From contig CM035352.1 in NCBI GenBank assembly GCA_020137815.1, forward strand, positions 806,001-870,000: 64,000 nt of DNA. Reading direction: 5' to 3'. Positions within the stretch are counted from its first letter, which is position 1, and each line of letters starts with the position of its first letter. A program made the translations under genes and the position numbers. A model generated the notes under the pieces. It did no database searches. It saw only the letters and a list, made by a program, of their open reading frames with translations, and was not told the origin of the DNA. Below, in pieces: positions 1 to 10,308 of this stretch. Origin of the DNA: Hormiphora californensis. Its lineage: Eukaryota; Animalia; Ctenophora.

Positions 1-458
1 AGCAACTCGTAAAGCAGACAAAACATTCGAAATAGTCTATCTGTCTCTCCTAAAAATTTGAACTCTCTATCTCATTAGATATGACCGTGTAAAGTTGGAG
101 GAGGTTTTTTGGCAATAGATTCATTCAGGAACATTGAACTTTTATTTGCTGTAAAACTAGGAGAAAATTGCTACAACCTAGTTTTATCATGTCCCAAAAT
201 TTGAAGTCGAAAGATGCCATAGTTTTCACGCAATTCGCAATATACCAGTCTCAGTCATTTAAAATCACACAGTACTTCACATAATTATAAATTCAGGCTA
301 AATAAATTACCTATTGGTTGGTTTGGCTTGCCTAGAACATTTATATGCCATATATATGGCAGAGAGAGAGAGCGATAGAGAGGGAGAGAGAGAAGCATGG
401 CAAATGGGACAGGACACAGAACCCAATAATAACCCCCGAACAGAATCTATTTTCTCAG

Positions 459-3400
459 TTAGTAATGGGCTGTGATCTTGTGTCTACGGTTCTCTTTGTA
501 TTCTGCCATATTGTCTCCACAATCACGAAGACGGATGAGGAGGGAAATGAGGGAAAGTACATCCCTGATGTTATCAGTTCTGGAATTGAGATCACCTGTA
601 TCATCTGGATTATCAGTGAGTTACCGGCCCCAGGGGATTTTGTTTTTCAACCAGTCTTCAGTATTTTACCAGGGATAACTCCCAGATTTTTTCCCTGCCC
701 GGGTGATTGCCGAAGGCAATCACCCGGGATGATGTTTTTAGCACGCACGTGCTAAAAAGATCATTCAGGGTTTAGAAATCAGCAGATTGTGTAATTAACT
801 AAAATGTCCGTCCGTCCGTCTGTCCACCGTTACGCATAGTAACAAAGTCTGCTCCTTCATAAAACTTTCAGCTCGCACTTTGTTGATGCAACAAAGGAAA
901 TGATTAACACGCATTGTGGCGCGCAATTACTCACTCATAACACTTCCTACTTTCACCTGAAATCACTTTGGGTACCCTACAACCGTACCATGGCGTGGTA
1001 GAAAGTCTTCTAAGCATGAAACTACTATCACACAATAATTGTAAGTGACTGGAGTTAAGATGAGGGTAATATAAAGTTGAAGCACTTGGTAACCAACTAG
1101 GGTCTCCTAAGTAACTGTCTTGGTTATCATAGCAACTGCCTTGGTTACCATAGCAACTGCTTTGAATACCATAGCAACCACCCTGGATACCATAGCAACT
1201 AACATCGTATCAGCCAAAAATTGCTCTTTGAGTGCAAAATTCATCGGGAAATCCAGTTTTGAAGCTTAGTCATCAATTTTACATCTATCTGAGGCAGGGA
1301 AACACCGCATTATGAATACATAATGCAATAATTCTTGTTATCGTATCGTAACTTGCCCCATCATTTTCGACATCCCCTGTTTCAGTTCACTACGTGTCGG
1401 GAATGTTGGTCGCTGAACAAAGAATCAAATACATGACTAGTTTCATGCCCCTTGTTGACGCGTGTATTGTTATGGCGTTTATTATTGACTGCCTGATACA
1501 CTTTGTATCCAAGGATCCTCCAGATTGGGTTAGTTAACATCCAACTGATACAGGGTGTTCATATGGGATCTTTACAAGCGTTGGGTTTCACCCAGAAAAA
1601 AGTTGACAAATTTAGCTCATGAAACTTCATACTTGGACTATTCTATACCCTCATTCAAGGTTCCTGGGAATTTTGGAGTTCTAGCACCCCCGAAAGTGTG
1701 TTTTTGGCATCAAAACTACCAGAAAGAATTTTCTGCTATAGTATCTACAAGTTTGTCAGGCAAATTAAAAATCGCACTTTACTGTTTGTATAAAAGTAGG
1801 TGTCAAATACTTTTAATTTCCCATGCCAGGGGAAGATTATTATACTGCCGGGTGCCGTTAAATCTGGGTCCGACTGTAGCTTTTTTTATTGGGTTCTTAT
1901 CTCAAACATTAATTTAGGTCCTCTGATTAAAGAGCACCTCTAAAGATTGAATATATCCTAAATTCTGGGATATGGTAGAATAGACAGTAACTGATACTCC
2001 ATGTTGGCCTTTTGAAATTCCGAACACAAACTTTCCTTGTGTTTTACTAAAACCTTAACGATATCATATGCAGTCTGAACCCCCGATATACCAGAGCATC
2101 CAGGTAAATGTCAAAATTCCAAAGTTTCATGATGATTGGATGTGTTTTATGAACTCAAAATTTCGAAAAAAGTGCCTGGAAAAGCTCTAAAATATCAATT
2201 TTTGCCGTTTTTGAGCTGTTTTTGGGCCTTTCCAGCCAGTTTATTTTGACCTTGGTGACTGAACCACACATCCAATCATCATGAAACTTTGAAATTGACA
2301 TAAAAAATACCCAAAAAACATTCTAGCAAAGTCTCAGCATCAGCAAAAAATTCCTTCTGGTAGTTTTGATACCAAAAACACACTTCCAGGGGTAGTAGAG
2401 CTCCGGAAACACCAGGAACCTTGAATGAGGGTATAGAATAGTCCAAGTATGAAGTTTCATGAGCTAAATTTGTCAACTTTTTTCTGGGTGAAGCCCAACG
2501 CTTGTAAAGATCCCATATGAACACCCTGTACTACTGAGTAGCATTGTGAGACTCCTTGTGAGCATTATAAAACTAATAGTGTATAGAGTATAGACTGATA
2601 TACAACATATATTATTATATGCTTATTGTTTGGTACACGCTGACACCCCAGCCCCATCAGCTATCTCTAAGAGCTATTGGAATACTACGATTGTTTAATC
2701 TTGCACGACATTCAACTCTTCTCTACTGTCTTGGACTCGCACTAAGACAAAGTTTTAATGGTAGGTTTGGCATTTAGTGATTTCACCAAACAATTGGTTT
2801 TCAGTTTGATAATGTTAATATTACTCAAACCTCCCTGATACATCCCTTCTTCAGACCTAATCCACGTGCTGTTTGTTATTATCTTCATTATCTTCTTGGC
2901 TGCTGGTTTCATCTACTTCATAGAGGGTCCAAGATGCAGGTACTACGATGAGCTAACTAACATCTGCCACGAGGAAGAGTTTACCAACGCCAATAATGTG
3001 TCTCTGGAATGTATCTACCACATAACGTGCACCAACAATCACACCAAGTACACCAACGTCTTTATCTCCAGCTACTGGGCTGCGGTACGTAGAACAGGTG
3101 AAATTATCTAAATGAACCGTCTGTAGCTGAACTTATAATGTTGCAGTAAAACTTGTGTTAGGAGTTACCACTCATACATTGTCAGTCACTTACCACTCGA
3201 TTATTCCCATCAGGTAACCATCACAACTGTGGGGTATGGAGATATGGTACCCATCTCAATCATGGGCAAGATCGTGGGCTCAATCCTAGCTCTAATTGGT
3301 CTCCCTCTAATTGCAATACCCATGCCCCTTATAATGACCAAGTTTGAGTCTCTTTACTCAGCTGTCAAGGTACTTATAATTAGTAGACCGGGGTAGAAGA

Positions 3401-4018
3401 GTTTATTACCAGCTAGTAGGAGTATTGTCAGCCATCTGCATCCACCACAAAACCTCTCTCGCATCCGGAGTTCATACAATTTCTAACTACTAAGCAACCC
3501 AAAAACCTCTCACCCAGGAACAGAAAAATACTGAAGCCAATAGGACTATAAGAGCAGCAGCCAAAGAGAATGATACTTGGAGTGCTAGCCGGCATTCTTT
3601 ACGGAACCTCAACTCAAAGGTTTGTCTAAATGATCTGGACTTTTCGGTAGTCAGTGATTTTGAATTCTCTTTCAGCTGAAAGTCATGTACACCAAGTGCA
3701 AGTCCTCCCCTCGGTCCCATGGTGCACCTTCCCCTGTCAGCCTGCACACTAGACCTCGCACAGCAGAGGTAAGTGACATGTCTCATTCATAGTTAGGTGC
3801 CGTATAGTTGATGTAAACCTCGGAAAATTAAACATTTTACCCTTTTACCCCCCCCCCCTCTGGCTTTGATTAGTTTCCTAAAGATAGTTTTTCCCTATCA
3901 GGAGATCCAACGAATAAACGGGGACAGTTTTGAAGAGGATTGGGATGCACCAGAGAGTCCAACGTGGGGTGATAAGTGGAAAGCAGTTTATGGTCGGTGT
4001 CCCCACTGGTACATGTAA
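459..4018 (+). CDS. Voltage-gated K+ channel, Shaker superfamily (5'-partial; S1-S6 and C-tail)
   Basis: Phase-compatible GT-AG exons 459-615, 1386-1528, 2661-2760, 2855-3084, 3214-3369, 3518-3619, 3676-3768, 3902-4018. They give S2 EITCIIW, S3 PLVD, S4 LRAIGILRLFNLARHS, pore YWAAVTITTVGYGDMVP and S6 IAIPMPLI; stop TAA at 4016-4018. T1-domain exons presumably lie upstream of the window. Confidence 0.93.
1120..1199. repeat. Four 21-bp tandem units resembling RFX X-boxes
   Basis: TTGGTTATCATAGCAAC, TTGGTTACCATAGCAAC, TTGAATACCATAGCAAC, CTGGATACCATAGCAAC at 21-bp spacing in a Kv intron. Confidence 0.7.
1551..2528. mobile_element. Non-autonomous Tc1/mariner-type TIR element (MITE) in Kv intron
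   Basis: TA|CAGGGTGTTCATATGGGATC...GATCCCATATGAACACCCTG|TA; ~190-bp imperfect TIRs, TA target duplication, no transposase. Explains the mirror ORFs 1555..1917 and 2279..2524. Confidence 0.9.
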
Positions 4019-4232
4019 CAAACATGGCTGTGCAACTTGTGACATTGCAAAAGAGGAACCTAAATAACTTTAGACCATGTGATATTTAATTTAGATTTTG
4101 TTGTTTTGTTGTTTGTGCTTTTTGTATCTTTGAATACCGTTTTGACTATTTAGAGTAAGGTTAAATATATTCTGGTTTGAACGACTAACTACATAAAACA
4201 TCATGTTCACTTAGCTCACTGAATGGCAAGAG

Positions 4233-7200
4233 ATGCACACTGCAGTTCTCCTGCTTACTCATATCTCTGGCCGCGTGCCAGAATGTCACCTTCTACCTGG
4301 GCCGAAATCCCTATGAGTGGGAAAATACGAAACGGATAGCATACGATTACAAGGGATTCTTTGATCCAGTAGTTGAGGCAGCCATTGATGATGCCTTAAC
4401 AACTTGGACCTGGGATGGATCTGCAGTGGAACCGGTTGTAAAGTCTTTAAACGCATCTAAAACCTCCTTAACTCGAAGTATCCAGTCTGGACCAGCTCTA
4501 GCAGCCATCAACACCTTCAAAGACTCACTTCATGGGATCATTGGAATTAGTACCACTGGAGAAGGCTTTTTTGGGGCTGAAATTGCCGATGTTACGTATT
4601 TCCACACCTATAATGATGGGACTAGCGCTATCTTCGATTACGATTCGGTAACCAAGTCTAGTATTTTCCAGTCAAGTATCCGACTCGGACCTACATACAG
4701 CTTTATAGCTAATGCTGTCTTGGAACTTCTTAATTGGATAGACCCTGAATCTACTTCTGTTGCTGGTACCAACATTGTAGTTTTCTATGAGAACTCATTT
4801 TCGTCTGATAAAATAGCCAGTAAACTGGTTGAAAGTATTCAATCCAAAAGACCCTCGTGGACAGTGGATGACCGTAATTTCAACTCCAATGAGTTCGATT
4901 GTGCTGGAAGTGATGTGAACTATTTCTTCCCTACAAAATACACGGACATGTCATTTTTCAATGAAACCAGCAGCACTATCATCACACAAACAAGAGGTGA
5001 ATCAACTTGTTTCTCAGTTCTAGATACACTATCACACTATCAGTATCACACTATCAGTATCACATATATATCTTCTAACCAAACTAAACTGTGTATCCTC
5101 TTCAGGTATTGTGATTATCGGATCGAATGGATTTATTCGGCAAGTAGCAGTGTCACTCCACAAGGCCGTCTCTGCAACTGACTGGCTCAAAACAGAGGAA
5201 TTCCTACTCCTAGCAATACCATCCACACTCGGCCCAAAGCCATCGTATCGAGCAGCTGACGTGCTCTCCCTGAATCCCAGCACAGTATCAGATACAGACG
5301 ATGCAACAGCTAAAGATGCCTTCCGGGTAGGAGTGAAAACTTGTTGTCTTTTATCGTGTGACAAGGTCACCTGGTTCCCCCTTGGTACGAAAATGACCCC
5401 CCTGTCCCTCTCTCACTTCTCAGAACTTGGTTGTGCTCACAGAGGATTATGACGAGGACAGATACGAGGAGATAGCAGCGATAGTAAGGAATGAGTTCTA
5501 CTCTTCTCGACCTGATCTCGCACAGACCGGCTGGGATTCACGCAGACCTGTAAGTTTTCCTGGCGTGAGTAGTTGAGTTAGTTTACTGTGGGCATGGGGA
5601 CTAAGTAAAACCCACAAAATATAGAAAAGTCCCCCACTTGGGTTTTATTGGATATTATCAAATATCTGTTTTTGTAGGTACCACTGTGGTCAGGCTACAC
5701 CTATGACGCGACTCTGCTCCTTATGAAGGCTCTGCAATCAGTCAGCGATCCTAGCGACTACTACGACTATCTAACCAACAAAGCATGGACCTGTAAGTTG
5801 TCATGGGATATGTGTCTAAACTGTAAGATAAATAATTAGGCCTGGAAAGTTGGAGGGTCTTGTTTATTAAGTACCTCCCTCTCAGCTGCTGAACTGGGTG
5901 ATATCAAACCATTCTTTGGTACCATCGATATTAACCAGTATGGGGATAGGAACTGGAAGCTAAAAGCTCACCATTTCAACAATCACCATGGCACGTGGAC
6001 CCACGTGGCATCAATCACTGAGGGCAGTATCACTGAGGTTTGTGCGGGGAAGAGAGAGTTTGGCAAATTGAGGTTAGGAATTATAATAAGGTAACCCATG
6101 AACTTGTAATGTACTACTTCACCTCTATACTATTTCACAACAGGTAGCTACACCGGAGTGGCCTAGTTCAGCTCCCCAGTTGAGACCCAAATGTGAATAC
6201 AAAGAGTGTGAAAAGTTCTACAAGAAGGCCAAGCTACCAGTTCTCATAACTTTAGCTGCCATTGTCGGTCTAGTTATCCTCGTCGGAGTTGGCTGGTATT
6301 TGAGACGACAGTACAGGTTCCGGAAAGCGCTAAAGAACTTGGAGTGGAACATTAACTTTGACAAGTTGATGGAGGTCTCCCTGACCCCCGAGGAGGAGGA
6401 GGAACAGAACCAGAAGTGTGCCATAAAAAAGAGGTTTGATTCCCTGGAGTCACTCAACCTACCTCCGTCCAGTCACAAGATATATGGAGAGATGCAGGTG
6501 TATCTGAAACCCCTGTTGAAAGAGTTTTTCGAGGATGTTCTTAATAATAAATCTCTTATGAAGGAGCTACAGCAGGTAACAGAGAGTGCCCACTGCCCAC
6601 TGCCCCCCCCCCCCAGAGAGTTGTTGTGTTATCCCCCACTAACTCAAATATTTTATCAGATCCATTCAACAATAGTTCACTAACTCCCACTCTCTCTCTC
6701 TGCAGCTGAAAGATATTAAATCTGAATACTTGGTGGACTACATTGGTCTCACTAAAGACAAGACAGGATTCACCTGGATGGTCTATGAAGACTGCATTAA
6801 AGGAACCTTGCAGCAGACTCTAGAAGACGAGAGTTTTGAAATTGATGCACAGTTCAAACTGAGTATGATCGACGATATAGCACAGGTATGGAAACTACAA
6901 TCACCTAACTAGCTTCCTCACACACGATCACACTTACATTAGTCAGTGTCACAATCGATCACACTCCCCCCGACCAGGGTATGCAATACATTCACAACAA
7001 GACAAGTTTTGCATCACACGGCAACTTGAAACCCTCAAACGTCCTTGTCACCAGAAACTTCACCCTAAAAGTGTCTGATTTCGGGGAATCAATCTTTTTA
7101 GTGGACATGAAAAGGAATTATAACCACAGTGAAACTCAGCACAATAAGCGTATGTAGTTCATCTCACAACTATGACACCTTTCACTACTCCATCTCATAA

Positions 7201-9987
7201 TGGCTAACCAATAGTTATCGTTTACAGGTCTGCTGTGGCGTGCCCCAGAGCTTCTTCGTAAATCTCATATTCACATTTGTGGAACACCAAATGGGGATCT
7301 GTATAGTTTTGCAGTTATTGTTCATGAGATTGTCACCCGTCAGGGTCCGTTCAACTTGAATTCCTTGGATAACACTGAAAACCCTACTTGTAAGTTGTGT
7401 ACTAAACTGTTTAGTAATAGCATGCAGTTGATTGTTGAAACTAATATATCATCTTTACCATCTCACTCACGTACCACCTCTCTATTCTCTCTCTCATGTA
7501 CCATCTCTCTCACGTACCATCTCTCTCACGTACCATCTCTCTCACGTACCATCTCTCTCACGTACCATATCTCTCACGTACCACCTCAGCAATCATTGAG
7601 AAAGTGAAGTACTCCGCTACTGAACCATTCAGACCAAGGTTTAGTGAATCAGTCCGGAACAAATACATCAAGGTACACACAATTGTCAGATTGGGTTGTT
7701 GTGATCTTCCTAAATATCAGTATACAATTAGTATAAAGGTGATCTAAATAGTAAAGGTGATCTAATTAGTATTGTTCCAGAGAATTGTGAGATGGTGTGA
7801 TGATAAATGGTGGCATGAGGATCCTGTCAAGAGAACTAACTTCAAAACCATCTGTGCATATATGAAGAAACTACGACCTAGCAAGTAAATTATTGATTAT
7901 TATCCAGGGGGGATCCACTATTAATATAATAGCGAAACTAGAACTAGACTAGAACTATAGACTTGACTGCTGTTTTACTTCATTGTCCGAGCAAAAAATA
8001 ATCAAATGAAGTTCACCAAAAATATAGTAGCAGGTTTATTAATCTCTGCCTTGATACACCCACTAAGAGAGAGAGAGAGAGAGAGTGGTGTAACTAACTG
8101 TCTGTCCCAGGAAACAGAAGACATTCCTGGACACAGCCATCAGGAGGATAGAGAAGTTTAATCAGTCAATGGAGAAGAAGAATGAAGAAAAGAGGGAACA
8201 AGCTGAAGCGGAGATGAAGAAGGTCACTGAACTGAGGGCTTCCCTCATTCCCAAGTAAGAAAACTCTGTCATAGTACTGGCCTGACAAAGAAAACACCAA
8301 GGATTTCTCCAAAATATTGAATTCCAAACAATTGAATTCCAAACAATTTATAGCCAGTACTTCAGTTATTTACCCCTCTCTCTCCCTCTCTCCGTACAGA
8401 GATATTATCAAGGCTGGTGTAGATAATTTCGTACCCGAAACCATTCCAAACGTGACAGTGGTCGTAGTTGAACTAGATGGGTGAGTTATACTATTACTTT
8501 CCCATGTATTACCCCCACCCCTAATACCACAATTACTTTGCCATGTATTACCCCTTCCCCCACCACTAATACCACAATTACTTTGCCATGTATTATCCCC
8601 TCCCCACCCCTAATACCACAATTACTTTGCCATGTATTACCCCCACCCCCACCCCGAATACCACAATTACTTTGCCATGTATTACACCCTCCCCCACCCC
8701 TAATACCACAATTACGTTACCATGTATTACCCCCTCCCCCACCCCTAATACCACAATTACTTTGCCATGTATTACCCCCTCCCCCACCCCTAATACCACA
8801 ATTACTTTGCCATGTATTACCCCCTCCCCCACCCCTAATATCACAATTACTTTGCCATGTATTACCCCCTCCCCCACCCCTAATACCACAATTTCTTTGC
8901 TATGTATTACCCCCATTCAATTAATCTCCAACCTGCCCCTAGATTGGACAAGGCTCTGATGGACAATCCTAAACTACTCAAAGAAGTAGTAAATGTAGAG
9001 AGTGCTTTCCGAAGTACTGTTGATAACATTGCATATACTAGCGGTATACATTATGTAAGTGCACTGATCCTTACCCCGATTACTACAACCCTGACTCCCT
9101 CACTATATTCCCCTCTCCCTGTAATACTTACACTCTCATCGCTTCTTTCTGGGCAAAGCACGTGACAATGGGTCAGCGCGATGCCTGACAGCTCTCTTCC
9201 CACCAGGGTATCTCACACCGGATTCACCGCATTTGGTTCCTCAGCCAAACAAGGAAGAACGGCCCTAACAACCACAGTTGTGTGATTATGGTGCTTCAGA
9301 ACATTATGAACAAAGCCATTGAGATCATAGAGAAATCTCCCTTGAGGGATATGCTGGCATTCAAGGCAGGAATTCATAATGGTAACTAAAAAAGGGGGTT
9401 TTGCTGTCAGAGCATTGGCCTGACAGGGGTTTTGACTTTTGAGAATGGAACCTTTTATCACTTTTCCTTATTAAATAACGGGACTATTTTATCAGGGACA
9501 ATAAGCACAGGTATGATTGGTGATTCATCCGACCCATCCGCCCAGTTCATCTTTTGTGGTGTCGTTGATATCGCTAACGAACTCTGCTCTTCTGCACAAG
9601 GTATTGATTTTGTGTCCTGATAAAAGAAACCTAAACTGTTTGTTCTGTCTCCTAAACTTTTTGTTCTGTCTCCGTTCAATCCTAAACCAGTGCTAACTTT
9701 CATCTATACCGCAGAGTATGAGGTATTGGCTACAGAAGATGCCCAAAAAGTCTTTAACGACATCAAGGAAACAACTCTTTGCCTGGATTGGGGAGAGAAG
9801 AACGAATACGAGGTGATGAAAAGTTCTTGTTTTGAATCTGATATTGCATTTTCAACCCGATCCCTTTTGACCCCCATTTCTTGCTCCCTCTCGACACCCC
9901 TTCCTTTAGCAGAGCGGTAAAAAGATTGAGGCATATAGTGTGGACGTGCTAGGAGACTGCGACAACTACTGTCTCATCCAGAAATAG
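4233..9987 (+). CDS. Receptor guanylyl cyclase-like protein (ANF-receptor ectodomain, TM helix, kinase-homology domain, degenerate cyclase domain)
   Basis: Multi-exon. Signal peptide [15 protein letters not shown] needs removal of one base near 4255. Ectodomain motif [14 protein letters not shown]; [24 protein letters not shown]; [41 protein letters not shown]; coiled coil; cyclase-fold motifs [10 protein letters not shown] and [16 protein letters not shown]; stop TAG 9985-9987. Confidence 0.88.
7469..7587. repeat. Intronic ~16-bp minisatellite (CGTACCATCTCTCTCA)n abutting a 3' splice site
   Basis: About 6 copies visible directly before the CTCAG acceptor. Confidence 0.9.
8490..8915. repeat. 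Intronic 45-bp minisatellite
   Basis: About 9 copies of CCCTAATACCACAATTACTTTGCCATGTATTACCCCCTCCCCCAC fill nearly the whole intron 8481-8942. Confidence 0.95.
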
Positions 9988-10308
9988 AAGGAAAAGAACA
10001 GGAAAGGGATCCGACATCTGAGGAATGGATGAAATTTCGGAAAATTCCGCGGTCCCAAGAAAACCAAGATTGTGCTGCGCGCGCCCGTCGAACGGGTCGC
10101 ATGCATGAAGAGCAAAACAAGAAATCTAGGACTGTGACATAAAGTCAGTGAATTTGTTGTATTGGCGCCAATACTCACGAATTCAGTTTGTTAATTTATA
10201 TCAAAAGTAAAATAAAAGTTCATGTATGCAGTGTGTAACTCTATTCTACATTTCTCCAACTTGAAATAACTCGTAATTCAATCGTCTCTGGATTCTGAAG
10301 CCAATGTA

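Noticed and set aside
1555-2524. Two ORFs with near-identical N-termini on opposite strands
   Set aside because: They are readings of the MITE's terminal inverted repeats; no transposase motifs
8481-8959. Pro/Thr-rich repeat ORFs
   Set aside because: Translations of an intronic 45-bp minisatellite between GT and AG of the cyclase gene
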